From positions 1-63,146 of the forward strand of contig JAZFUU010000071.1 in assembly GCA_036447375.1 (NCBI GenBank): 63,146 nt of DNA, read 5' to 3'. This document shows positions 13,254 through 22,486 of this stretch, piece after piece. Made by a program: the position numbers and the translations under genes. Below the pieces are notes generated by a model, which saw nothing but the letters and a program-made list of their open reading frames with translations, was not told the DNA's origin and ran no database searches. This stretch comes from Myxococcota bacterium (GTDB lineage Bacteria > Myxococcota_A > UBA9160 > SMWR01). Each line of letters opens with the position of its first letter. Position 1 is the first letter of the stretch.

Positions 13254-15061
13254 GCGCGGCCTCCCACGGCGTCGACGGGGCTCTCGAGGTCATCCCGCAG
13301 GGCTTGCTCGCTGGCGAGGCGCGAGTAGAGACCGCCGCCGGCGACCAACTGTGCGTGGGTTCCGCGTTCGATGATGCGGCCCTCGTCGAGTACGACGATC
13401 AGATCCGCGGAACGGACCGCGCTGACTCGATGCGAAACCACGATGACGGTTCGCCCGGCAAAGACCTGATCGAGTTCGCGTTGAATCGCCTTCTCCGTCT
13501 CTGCGTCGACGCTCGAAAGCGTGTCGTCGAGGATCAGGATGCGCGGGCGAAGGGCCAGAGCCCGAGCCAGGGCCGTTCGCTGCCGCTGCCCGCCCGAGAG
13601 CATCACGCCGCGCTCCCCCACCACGGTGTCGTAGCCCTGGGGTAGATCCTCGACGTCCTTGGCGAGCTGAGCTCGCCCGGCGGCCTCGGCGACTCGTTCG
13701 CGGTTCGCGTTCTCCACACCGAAGGCGATGTTGTCGGCGAGGCTCATCGAGAACAGGAAGGAATCCTGAGGGACCATCGCGATATTCGAACGCAGCATGC
13801 GCAGGGGCATTCGATTCACATCGATGCCATCGATGAACAGCTCTCCGTCTTCGACCTCGTACAGCCGCGGAATCACCGAGGCCAGGGTGCTCTTGCCGGA
13901 GCCGACCGGGCCGACGATGCCGAGAGTGGTGCCGGCGGGGACCCGCAAGTCGATCTCACGGAGCGCCGGTTCGCGCTGCGAACCGGGGTAGGTAAACGTC
14001 AAGTTTCTGAACTCGATCTCTCCGCGCAGTTCGGTGACGGGCGCGACGTCGGGCCGGTCGGCGATCGCCGGTTCCTCGGAAAGCAGCTCGTCGAGGCGGC
14101 GCATCGCCGCGGTACCCCGCTGAACCAGCGCCACCACCCAACCCATGATCACGGTGGGAAACGTGAGGCTGTAGACGTACATGGCGAAGGTGAAGAACTC
14201 ACCGACGGTCATCGAACCCCGCGTCATCGCCGGGCCCCCGAATACCAGCACGATCCACATGGCCATGGCCGGAAGCATCTGCACCGTTGCGGGCATCAAT
14301 GCGTTGGCCCGGGCGAGGGCGAGCTGACTCCGAAGCAGCGCCTCGTTGGCCCCGGCGAACCGATCGGCCATCACGCCCTCCATGGCGTACGCCTTGACCA
14401 CGGCAACCCCGGAGATGCTCTCCTGGAGCTGGTTCGAGGCCTCGGCCAGGCCCTCCTGGGTGCGAAGACTCCAGTGATGGATCGCTCGGCCCATACCGCG
14501 AGCCATCCAGATGAACGCCGGGTAGGGCACCAAAACCAGCAGCGCGAGGCGCCAGTCCATGTACGCCATGGCACAGAACGAGCCCAGGTAGAGCAGCGGC
14601 GTCTGCACGATATTGAGGACACCGACTCCGAGCATGAGCCGGAGCGCGTTCACGTCGTTGACACAGCGGCTCATGATGTCGCCGGTGCGCCAACGGAAGT
14701 AGAAGGACTGGGGTAGCCGTTGCAACTGGGCGAAAAGGTCGTTTCGTACCTCGTATTCGATCTCGCGGGCCGCGTTGAAGACGAGAGTGCGGGTGAAGAA
14801 GCGCAGCCCTGCGGTCGTGACCACGACCCCCAGCATCCAGAGCAACTTGCGAACGGTTTCGGCCGCCGGTTCGCCTTCCACGACCGAGGCCACCGCGCGG
14901 CCGACGAGCACCGGAAATGCGACGAATCCGATCGTGTAACCAACCGTGGCGACGAGCCAGACAGCGTAGTAGAGGCGATTCCGGTCGATATAACCCCGCA
15001 ACCGCGCCAGGGCCGAACGCAAGGGCGGAAGCCGCGGAAGCGCCGAAGTCGCGGCGCTCAC
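13250..15061 (-). CDS. ABC exporter, fused permease/ATPase half-transporter (MdlA-like), probable heterodimer partner
   Basis: The track ORF (13250..15382) overlaps the glycosyltransferase gene. A GTG at 15061 gives a GTGA overlap with the GT stop and an N-terminus (VSAATSALPRLPPLRSALARLRGYI...) that leads into the TM domain. NBD: GPVGSGKSTL, LSGGQRQRTALARAL, ILILDD. Confidence 0.85.
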   Translation of the reverse strand: MSAATSALPRLPPLRSALARLRGYIDRNRLYYAVWLVATVGYTIGFVAFPVLVGRAVASVVEGEPAAETVRKLLWMLGVVVTTAGLRFFTRTLVFNAAREIEYEVRNDLFAQLQRLPQSFYFRWRTGDIMSRCVNDVNALRLMLGVGVLNIVQTPLLYLGSFCAMAYMDWRLALLVLVPYPAFIWMARGMGRAIHHWSLRTQEGLAEASNQLQESISGVAVVKAYAMEGVMADRFAGANEALLRSQLALARANALMPATVQMLPAMAMWIVLVFGGPAMTRGSMTVGEFFTFAMYVYSLTFPTVIMGWVVALVQRGTAAMRRLDELLSEEPAIADRPDVAPVTELRGEIEFRNLTFTYPGSQREPALREIDLRVPAGTTLGIVGPVGSGKSTLASVIPRLYEVEDGELFIDGIDVNRMPLRMLRSNIAMVPQDSFLFSMSLADNIAFGVENANRERVAEAAGRAQLAKDVEDLPQGYDTVVGERGVMLSGGQRQRTALARALALRPRILILDDTLSSVDAETEKAIQRELDQVFAGRTVIVVSHRVSAVRSADLIVVLDEGRIIERGTHAQLVAGGGLYSRLASEQALRDDLESPVDAVGGRA

Positions 15062-15726
15062 CGCCGGTACCAGGCCGCGACGCGCTCGCGATCGATGCGC
15101 AGCAACCAGGCCGCGGCGGCCGCCAGGTTGCGAATCACGCTGCGAAAAGCCCCGGCTCTGCGGTAGCGCCGGGCCGACGTCGTCGCCGGCAGCGAGAGCA
15201 GGGTGAGGCGTCCGTGCCGGCGCAGGGCGTGAACCAGATCGAGATCCTCCATGATCGGTGTCTGGGGAACGCCGCCGATCGCTTCCAACGCCGCCCTCCG
15301 CACGAACAACGCCTGGTCGCCGTAGGGCAGCCGAAGCACGGCGGCGCGCAGTCGGGTCCCCCACTCGATCGGGCGTAACCAATAGCGGTCTTCGTCGAGA
15401 CGAAACCGGAAGGCGCCAACGACCACCCGTGGATCCGCCAGGCTCGTGCGTACGGCGGGGGCGAACCCCGGGGGCAACCGCGTATCCGCGTGAAGAAAAA
15501 CGATGGCATCACTCTGGGTCTCGCGGACACCGACCGCGAGCTGCCGAGCGCGACCGCGGGGCGAGGTGCACACCCGGGCTCCCGCCGCCGCAGCCCGTTC
15601 TCGCGTATTGTCGATGCTTCCGCCATCGACCACGAGGATCTCGACATTCGGAGCGGTCGCGCTGGCAATGGCCCCGACGACCTGCTCCGCTTCGTCGAGC
15701 GTCGGAATCACGACGGCAATCTTCAC
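15058..15726 (-). CDS. Family 2 glycosyltransferase (resembles my recollection of the TIGR04283 subfamily)
   Basis: 222 aa: MKIAVVIPTLDEA, ILVVDGGSIDNT, FLHADTRLP, LPYGDQALFVRR, IMEDLDLVHALRR, SARRY. The subfamily assignment is from memory of the motif pattern, not a search. Confidence 0.85.
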   Translation of the reverse strand: MKIAVVIPTLDEAEQVVGAIASATAPNVEILVVDGGSIDNTRERAAAAGARVCTSPRGRARQLAVGVRETQSDAIVFLHADTRLPPGFAPAVRTSLADPRVVVGAFRFRLDEDRYWLRPIEWGTRLRAAVLRLPYGDQALFVRRAALEAIGGVPQTPIMEDLDLVHALRRHGRLTLLSLPATTSARRYRRAGAFRSVIRNLAAAAAWLLRIDRERVAAWYRR

Positions 15727-15864
15727 CGATGGACGATAGCAGCCGGCGACACTGCCGCGCCGGAGCGGGCCGCGTCGGCGAGGAGCCGCCGGCGGTGTCG
15801 ACCCCGTGCGACGATCGGTCGGCTGGCGTTGGCGGTCCCGGGCCCGCTCCGATATCCATCTCGC

Positions 15865-16992
15865 GTGAGCACTCCCGAATCCCCCGGATCACCCGGATCA
15901 CCCACACGCCCGCCGTCCACCGATCCCAGTGCCCCGGCCTACGCTCGGGCCGGCGTGGACCTCGACGGCGACGAGGCCTTCATCGGCCAGATCGGAGAGA
16001 TCACGCGGTCCACCCTGCGACCGGAAATTCTTTCCTCGATCGGAGGCTTCGCCGGGATCTTCAAAGCCCCGGAACGCTACAGCGACCCTCTATTCGTCGC
16101 CGGCGCGGACGGCGTCGGAACCAAACTCAAGCTCGCCGCCGAAGTCGGCCGCTTCGACACCGTCGGCATCGACTGCGTTGCGATGGTCGTGAACGACCTG
16201 ATCGTTCAGGGCGCGGAGCCTCTGGTGTTTCTCGACTACCTGGCGATGGACCGGCTCGACGAGAAGCTCGCCCTCGAGGCGCTTCGGGGCGTCGCCGAGG
16301 GCTGCCGTCGGGCGGGATGCGCCCTGCTCGGGGGCGAAACGGCCAGCATGCCCGGCGTATACGCCCGTGGCGAACTCGAACTGGTGGGCTTCGGCGTAGG
16401 GGTCGTCGAACGCGAGCGCGTCATCGATGGCTCGAGCATCAGCCAGGGAGATGCCATCATCGGACTCGCCTCCAGCGGATGCCACAGCAACGGCTACTCC
16501 CTCGTGCGCCGGATCGTCGAGGAAGGAGTGCGGGCGGGACATATGGACCTCCGTGGCGAACACCCGGAGCTCAACGGCTCCCTCGCGAGTGCGCTCCTGG
16601 CTCCGACCCGGATCTATGTCAAACCGATATTGAACGTCGTACGCGACTACCGCGTGAACGGCATCGTCCACATCACCGGTGGCGGATTCCTCGGCAACGT
16701 ACCGCGGGTGCTGCCCAAGAGCGTACGGGCGCGGATCGACCCCCGTGCCTGGCCGCGGCCGCCGATTTTTGGCCTTTTGCAGAAGCAAGCCGAGCTTCCC
16801 GAGAGCGAGATGTTGCGTGTCTTCAATTGCGGCGTTGGAATGATTCTGATCGTCGCCGCCGACGAAGCCGACGACGTTGCCCTTCGCCTGGAGGCGCTGG
16901 GCGAACGCGCCTATCGCATCGGCCAGATCGAGCCAAGGCTCCCCGACGAGCCCGCCCTCGTGTTCGACGAGCCCCACGCGAACTCGAGCTAA
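15865..16992 (+). CDS. purM: Phosphoribosylformylglycinamidine cyclo-ligase (AIR synthetase)
   Basis: The homologous part of track ORF 15490..16992 starts near YARAGVDLDG and continues with GGFAGIF, GADGVGTKLKLA, DCVAMVVNDLIVQGAEPLVFLDY, GGETASMPGVY and HITGGGF. The nearest upstream in-frame start is the GTG at 15865. Confidence 0.9.
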   Translation: MSTPESPGSPGSPTRPPSTDPSAPAYARAGVDLDGDEAFIGQIGEITRSTLRPEILSSIGGFAGIFKAPERYSDPLFVAGADGVGTKLKLAAEVGRFDTVGIDCVAMVVNDLIVQGAEPLVFLDYLAMDRLDEKLALEALRGVAEGCRRAGCALLGGETASMPGVYARGELELVGFGVGVVERERVIDGSSISQGDAIIGLASSGCHSNGYSLVRRIVEEGVRAGHMDLRGEHPELNGSLASALLAPTRIYVKPILNVVRDYRVNGIVHITGGGFLGNVPRVLPKSVRARIDPRAWPRPPIFGLLQKQAELPESEMLRVFNCGVGMILIVAADEADDVALRLEALGERAYRIGQIEPRLPDEPALVFDEPHANSS

Positions 16993-18422
16993 TGCAAGGT
17001 CTCCCGGTCCTCGACGACTCCGACATTCCCCGTGTCCGGCGCTGGGACGCGGTCGTCCTGGGCGGGGCCCTTCCCGGGCTCGTCACGGCGGCGGTCCTGT
17101 TGATGCGCGGTGCACGGGTTCTGCTCGTGGAAGAAAGCACGGCGCGGGCCGGATTCGCCGGGTTGCGCGAGCCCTTCCTTCTTTCCGACGCGGGCAGCCG
17201 AGGCATCCTCGGCACCTGCCTGCGAGAGATCGGCGTCCCCCTGATCGAGCGCCGACGGATCGTGTCGCATCCCACCGCCTATCAGGTGGTACTGCCCGAC
17301 GCCCGGCTGGACGTGGGCGACCCCGCGCGAACCATCGAGGAAATCGTGGCGTGGGGACTGGCGAAGCCCGAAGAGGCCCAGGCACTGGTGCGAGCGCTGG
17401 CCCATGCCGCGGCGGCGGAGCGGGAGGCCATGCTTCGGTCACCGGTGATTCAAAAGTCGGGGCGCCGGTTGCGTCGCGCCGCGAGGCACTCGCCCGGCCA
17501 CAATGTAGGCGCTGCTTCGGATCGAGCCCTGCGTGAGCGGGGACTGCCGGCCGAGGTGACCGACGCGTCGCCGCGCCTGGCCGCCTACCTGGCCGCGCAG
17601 ACGCGGGCACTTTCGAATCTGGGGAGTCAGTCGCCGTCGCCGGAGGCTCAGGCTCGACTGCTCGGCGCACCCCTCGAAGGAACGGGTGTCCTTCGCGGGG
17701 GATTGCGACAGCTTCTGCGCCAACGCCTCGAATCCCTCTTCGCAGATTTCCGCGCGATCTCCGGCCGACTGCGCCTGATCGGCGTAGCCAACCAGCCCGG
17801 GCTCATCCCGGAGGGTTCGAGCGACATCTGGGTGGGCCGGGTCCTGGTGCTGAACGCGCCGCGCGAGAAGCTGGCCGTGGCCCATGGCGACGAACCGCTA
17901 CCCGACCTGCTCCGTCCCTCCCCCTCCAGTCATCGACGGCTCTGCCTGCACTACCGAGCACGACGGTCGGTGCTGCCCGAGGGCATGGCGCCGCGCGTGA
18001 TCTGCGTAGGGCGTTCGACCGGGCCCCTCGACCCCGGCCACGTGGTCGCGATTCGGGTCTTCCCGGGGTCGAAGCGCGACGATCGCGTAGACCTGGTGGC
18101 CTCGGCGATTCTTCCCGCCGACGCGGATGCGACGAAAGCGCAAGCGGACGTAACCCGCGTGCTCGAAGGCCTGATGCCCTTTACCGGGAACGACGGACTG
18201 CAGCTGGAAACAGCCGCGACGCCGGTCTGGGATATGGACGAACCTCTGCGAGACCCCGGGCCCGGCCGCGGCTGGCCCGGGCCATGCGATATCCGGTTGT
18301 CGTTGAAGCCGCCGATCTACTCGCTGGAAAGAGCCGACGCCGCGGCTCTCGGATTCGAAGGAGATCTCCTGCTCGGCTGGCGAGCCGGGGAGTCCATCGC
18401 CGCCGATCTAGAATCCGGATAG
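16992..18422 (+). CDS. Hypothetical protein with a degenerate N-terminal dinucleotide-binding (amine oxidase/phytoene desaturase-like) motif
   Basis: Internal ATG of track ORF 15258..18422 overlapping the purM stop (TAATG). The N-terminus WDAVVLGGALPGLVTAAVLLMRGARVLLVEE looks like a Rossmann beta-alpha-beta element with a degenerate GxGxxG. I recognise no other motif. Confidence 0.6.
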   Translation: MQGLPVLDDSDIPRVRRWDAVVLGGALPGLVTAAVLLMRGARVLLVEESTARAGFAGLREPFLLSDAGSRGILGTCLREIGVPLIERRRIVSHPTAYQVVLPDARLDVGDPARTIEEIVAWGLAKPEEAQALVRALAHAAAAEREAMLRSPVIQKSGRRLRRAARHSPGHNVGAASDRALRERGLPAEVTDASPRLAAYLAAQTRALSNLGSQSPSPEAQARLLGAPLEGTGVLRGGLRQLLRQRLESLFADFRAISGRLRLIGVANQPGLIPEGSSDIWVGRVLVLNAPREKLAVAHGDEPLPDLLRPSPSSHRRLCLHYRARRSVLPEGMAPRVICVGRSTGPLDPGHVVAIRVFPGSKRDDRVDLVASAILPADADATKAQADVTRVLEGLMPFTGNDGLQLETAATPVWDMDEPLRDPGPGRGWPGPCDIRLSLKPPIYSLERADAAALGFEGDLLLGWRAGESIAADLESG

Positions 18423-18429
18423 ACCCGAA

Positions 18430-20583
18430 CTACGGACGCAACCGCTCCACTGTGGACACGCCCTTCACCCGCTCGATCTGCTTCATCACCGCATTCAGCG
18501 TCGCCACATCGACCACCCAGAGATCAAACGTCTGAATCGCCTTGCCAGCCTGGGTGGTGGTCACCCGGGCCGCGCCGATGTTGATACCCGCGGCCGAGAT
18601 GGTCTTGGTCACTTTGGCGAGCAGTCCGGGTTGGTCGGCGGACAACACGCGCATGCGAATGCGCCGCGGAGTCCCGACATCGGGCTGCCACTGAACATCG
18701 ATCCGGCGCGCAGGATCGAGCTCGAATACCTTGGCGCAGTCCTTCACGTGCACCGTAACGCCGCGCCCACGCGTAACGAACCCGATCACGTCGTCGCCGG
18801 GGAGTGGCGCACAGCAGCGCCCGAAGCGAACCATCACATCGGCGTGCCCGCTCACGCGAATTCCCGGCAACGACGGCTTCCCAAGCCGTCGGAAGAAGCC
18901 CCGTCGTCGAGGTGCGTGCTCCGGGACGACTTCGGAAGACTCGCCCCCCTGAAGCGCTCGAACCACCTCAATGGCCGGCAGTCGCCCGTATCCGACCGCG
19001 GAGAACAGATCCTCCACAGACCCGCGGACCCTCTTCTTCGCGATGGGAACCAGACCGTCGCTCTCCACCAGTCGATTCAACGAAAGGCCCGCCCGCCGCA
19101 GCTCCCGTTCCAGGATCTCCCGGCCGATCTCGCGACTGCTCTCCTTCTCCGATGCCCGGATCGCGTGGCGAATGCGGCTGCGAGCCCGGCCCGAAACCGC
19201 GAACTCCAGCCAGTCCTTGCGAGGCCGCTGATCGCGGCTGGTGAGGATTTCAAGAGTGTCCCCATCGCTGAGCGGATGCCTCAGGGCGACGATCTTTCCG
19301 TTCACCTTGGCGCCCGAACAGTGGGCGCCCACCTCGCTGTGGATCGCATACGCGAAATCGATGGGCGTGGATCCGCGCGGCAGGTTGATCACATCTCCCT
19401 TCGGCGTAAACACGAAGACTTCGTCGGGAAAGAGGTCCACCTTGACCGTATCGATGAACTCATGGGGATCCGCGAGCTCTCGCTGCCACTCGAGCAGCTG
19501 CCGCAGCCATGCGAATTTCCCGTCCTCGTCGCTCTCGGCGTGGGCCCCCCCCTCCTTGTATTTCCAGTGGGCCGCGATTCCGAACTCGGCGTCTCGATGC
19601 ATTTCGATGCTGCGGATCTGGATCTCCATCCGTTCACCGTAGGGGCCGATCACCGTTGTGTGCAGAGATCGATAACCATTCGGTTTGGGTAGAGCCACGT
19701 AGTCCTTGAATCGCGCGGGCACCGGTCGCCAAATCGAGTGGATGATTCCCAGGGCCGAGTAGACGTCGTTCGTCGGACCGTCGACGACGATGCGAAACGC
19801 GATCACGTCGTAGATCTCGTCGAGGCTGAGGCCCTGGCTCTCCATCTTGGAGTGAATCGAGGAGAGATCCTTCAGGCGCCCGGTGACCTCACTCCGTAGC
19901 GCGGAATCGGCGAGGCGCTTCGACAGAATGCCGATGACCTCTTCGATATAGACCTCGCGGGCCTTGCGCTTGTTCTTGAGACGCTCTTCGAGATCTGCGG
20001 CGACCCCCGGCTTGAGAACCCTGAACGCGAGATCCTCGAGCTCCTGCTTCATCCAGTTGATACCGAGCCGATGCGCGAAGGGAGCGTAGATATCCAGCGT
20101 CTCCTGGGCGATGCGACGACCTGAATCCTCCGACATGTGCTGGAGAGTCCGCATGTTGTGGAGCCGGTCCGCGAGCATGATCAGCAGGATGCGAATGTCC
20201 TTCGACATCGCGAGCAACATCTTGCGGAAATTCTCCGCTTGGCGTTCTCTCGCCGAGGTGAACTCGATTTTCGCGATCTTGGTCAGTCCGGCCACGAGGA
20301 ACGCCACCGGTTCTCCGAAGAGCCTACGAATCTCTTCTTCGCTGGTGAGCGTATCCTCGATGGTGTCATGCAGGAGGCCGGCGGTGACCGTGATCTCATC
20401 CATCCGGAGATCGACCAGAATCCCCGCCACCTCGAGGGGATGCACGAGATAGGGCTCGCCGGACAATCGTTCCTGCCCTTCGTGGACCTTGGCCGAAAAG
20501 ACGTAGGCTCGCTGGAGCAACGACAGATCGCAGGACGGGTCGTACTCGAGGATTCGGTCGGCGATGTCGTTGAACCGAAGCAT
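18430..20583 (-). CDS. spoT: Bifunctional (p)ppGpp synthetase/hydrolase (RelA/SpoT homologue)
   Basis: Starts at MLRFNDIADRILEY, internal to track ORF 18430..21036, whose upstream part overlaps gmk. HD hydrolase motifs (HPLEVAGIL, LLHDTIEDT), synthetase motif (GYRSLHTTVIGPYGERMEIQIRS), and TGS and C-terminal ACT-like regions. Confidence 0.93.
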   Translation of the reverse strand: MLRFNDIADRILEYDPSCDLSLLQRAYVFSAKVHEGQERLSGEPYLVHPLEVAGILVDLRMDEITVTAGLLHDTIEDTLTSEEEIRRLFGEPVAFLVAGLTKIAKIEFTSARERQAENFRKMLLAMSKDIRILLIMLADRLHNMRTLQHMSEDSGRRIAQETLDIYAPFAHRLGINWMKQELEDLAFRVLKPGVAADLEERLKNKRKAREVYIEEVIGILSKRLADSALRSEVTGRLKDLSSIHSKMESQGLSLDEIYDVIAFRIVVDGPTNDVYSALGIIHSIWRPVPARFKDYVALPKPNGYRSLHTTVIGPYGERMEIQIRSIEMHRDAEFGIAAHWKYKEGGAHAESDEDGKFAWLRQLLEWQRELADPHEFIDTVKVDLFPDEVFVFTPKGDVINLPRGSTPIDFAYAIHSEVGAHCSGAKVNGKIVALRHPLSDGDTLEILTSRDQRPRKDWLEFAVSGRARSRIRHAIRASEKESSREIGREILERELRRAGLSLNRLVESDGLVPIAKKRVRGSVEDLFSAVGYGRLPAIEVVRALQGGESSEVVPEHAPRRRGFFRRLGKPSLPGIRVSGHADVMVRFGRCCAPLPGDDVIGFVTRGRGVTVHVKDCAKVFELDPARRIDVQWQPDVGTPRRIRMRVLSADQPGLLAKVTKTISAAGINIGAARVTTTQAGKAIQTFDLWVVDVATLNAVMKQIERVKGVSTVERLRP

Positions 20584-20647
20584 CCCGGATGCGTTGCCTC
20601 TGGGTCTGGAGTCTCCGCTGGATTTCTCTTTGATATCAGCCGCTTGG

Positions 20648-21343
20648 CTAAAGTAACCGACGCTCGTCGGAGCGTCCAGCGGCGTCCGCGGAGCCGCGCA
20701 GGGCCGCCAACGCCGGTGCCGGCGCAAACCGGCGACGCAGCGCCGCGACCTCGCCGCATCGCTCGGCGCCGATGATCTCCAGCAGGTGCCCCACGCAGCG
20801 GTCGAGTCGATCGTTGACCACCGCGTAATCGAACTTCTCCGCGCCGGCGAGTTCCCGGCGAGAATGCCGGAGGCGCCGATCGATCTGTTCGCGCGTGTCG
20901 GTTCCACGCGACCGCAGTCGCTCGCGGAGTGCCTTGAGCGACGGCGGCAGCAGAAACACGAAACGCGCATCATCGCGGCGCTCCCGCACCTGGCCAGCGC
21001 CCTGAACCTCGATCTCCAGCAACAGGTCGATTCCATTCTTCAACGGGCCGTCGATCGAGCTCCAGCTCGTCCCGTAGCGATGCTCGTTGTAGGTCGCCCA
21101 CTCGAGAAACGCGCCCGCATCCACCAGGCGCTGAAATTCGTCCTCCGATACGAAGTGGTAGTCGACCCCGTCAACCTCCCGACGGCGTTTCCGGCGAGTC
21201 GTATGCGAGACCGAAAACTCCAGGGGCCGTCCCTCGACTTCACGGTTGGTCTCGACCAACCGCCGACAGACGGTGGTCTTGCCGGTTCCCGAGGCGGCCG
21301 CGACCACGAAGGGAATGCCGAGACGGCCCGGGGCCGCGCTCAC
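20648..21343 (-). CDS. gmk: Guanylate kinase
   Basis: 231 aa with P-loop [27 protein letters not shown]-like ([10 protein letters not shown]) and YGTS. Has a C-terminal tail of about 40 aa. Confidence 0.92.
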   Translation of the reverse strand: MSAAPGRLGIPFVVAAASGTGKTTVCRRLVETNREVEGRPLEFSVSHTTRRKRRREVDGVDYHFVSEDEFQRLVDAGAFLEWATYNEHRYGTSWSSIDGPLKNGIDLLLEIEVQGAGQVRERRDDARFVFLLPPSLKALRERLRSRGTDTREQIDRRLRHSRRELAGAEKFDYAVVNDRLDRCVGHLLEIIGAERCGEVAALRRRFAPAPALAALRGSADAAGRSDERRLL

Positions 21344-21603
21344 GCCTCGCCTCCAGAGCCCTCGGAAGTGAGGCGCGTGGCGATCGTCTCTGGATTGATC
21401 GCCGAAAGGATCAGGTGATCGCTGTCCGTCACGATGATGGATCGCGTGCGGCGACCCTGGGTGGCATCCACCAGCTTCCCGCGGTTCGAAGCTTCGTCGC
21501 GGAGCCGCTTCATCGGCGCTGCCTGGGGCGAGACGATGGCCACGACCCTCGAGGCGACGACGAGGTTCCCGTATCCGATGTTGAAGAGAACCGGGCTACT
21601 CAA
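21340..21603 (-). CDS. remA: RemA/DUF370-family protein
   Basis: [71 protein letters not shown] matches the RemA family over its whole length. The TTG at 21603 overlaps the yicC stop by 8 nt. The track ORF start at 21762 lies inside yicC. Confidence 0.8.
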   Translation of the reverse strand: MSSPVLFNIGYGNLVVASRVVAIVSPQAAPMKRLRDEASNRGKLVDATQGRRTRSIIVTDSDHLILSAINPETIATRLTSEGSGGEA

Positions 21604-22486
21604 CGTTCTGTACCTGTTCTCGAATGCGCTCGATCTCGGCCTTGAGTTCGACGACGTGGTGAGCGATGGGCGCATCGTTTGCCTTGGACCCGATCGTGTT
21701 CGCTTCGCGGCCGAGTTCCTGAAGCAGGAAGTCGAGCCGGCGACCCGCGGGCGACCCGACACCCGCCGATTCGACGATCGTCCGAAACTGATTCACGTGG
21801 CTGCGCAGGCGCACGATTTCCTCGGTCACATCCATCCGATCCGCCGCGATCACGATCTCCTGGTGGAGCCGAGCCTCATCGTAGAGGCCGGTGTCCTGCG
21901 CCAGCTGCTCAGCGCGTTTGCGCAGCCGGTTCTTGGCGAGATCCCGGACCGTCCCCTCCCGCTCCTCAAGGATATCGGCAATTCCGACCACCCCCTCCAG
22001 ACGGGACAGGACATCGCGCTCCAGGGCCGCGCCCTCCACCCGCCGCATCTCGTCGAGGGCATCGAGAGCGGCATCCACAGCGTCGAGCAGCGTCGGCCCC
22101 AGCGCCTCGCCCGCGAGTACCGGTTCGACGAAGCGCGCGACTCCGGGCAGCCCCAGCGCGGTACCCACATCGAGGGCCCCATCCAATCCCTCGCTCTCCC
22201 GAAGTCGCCGTGCCGCCTGGGCGTACTGGGCGGCAGCGCTCCAGTCGACCTCGAGTTCCGGCGCCGGGGTCGACCCCGGGTGCGGTATCACGCTCAGATC
22301 GACCTTCCCGCGGGCGACCTGACGGGAGATCCGGGCACGGATCTCAGCGTCCAGATCGGCCGCCTCTCGGGGCAGGCGAACCCGCGCATCCAGAAAACGA
22401 TGATTCACCGAACGCACTTCGACGTCGAATTCCCTCGACTCCACCTGGAAGGAAACCCTTCCGAATCCGGTCATGCTTCGGATCAC
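21596..22486 (-). CDS. yicC: YicC-family stress-induced protein
   Basis: 296 aa. N-terminus [10 protein letters not shown]...[12 protein letters not shown] and C-terminus [20 protein letters not shown]...[18 protein letters not shown] are typical of YicC (TIGR00255/DUF1732). Confidence 0.88.
   Translation of the reverse strand: MIRSMTGFGRVSFQVESREFDVEVRSVNHRFLDARVRLPREAADLDAEIRARISRQVARGKVDLSVIPHPGSTPAPELEVDWSAAAQYAQAARRLRESEGLDGALDVGTALGLPGVARFVEPVLAGEALGPTLLDAVDAALDALDEMRRVEGAALERDVLSRLEGVVGIADILEEREGTVRDLAKNRLRKRAEQLAQDTGLYDEARLHQEIVIAADRMDVTEEIVRLRSHVNQFRTIVESAGVGSPAGRRLDFLLQELGREANTIGSKANDAPIAHHVVELKAEIERIREQVQNVE

Noticed and set aside
15727-15864. Possible ZTP (pfl) riboswitch upstream of purM, because of a GGCUGGCG-like string
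   Set aside because: The conserved 3-prime CCGCCUGGGC-type pseudoknot partner and the rest of the consensus, as I remember it, are absent. The region is more simply a divergent promoter region.
15258-16991. N-terminal 578 codons of the 1054-aa track ORF 15258..18422
   Set aside because: It overlaps purM in another frame and the glycosyltransferase gene in antisense. The translation is extremely Arg-rich. A sensible protein begins only at the ATG at 16992, which is coupled to the purM stop.
20584-21036. Upstream extension of the spoT ORF (868-aa version)
   Set aside because: It overlaps gmk. RelA/SpoT homology begins at MLRFNDIADR, the ATG at 20583.
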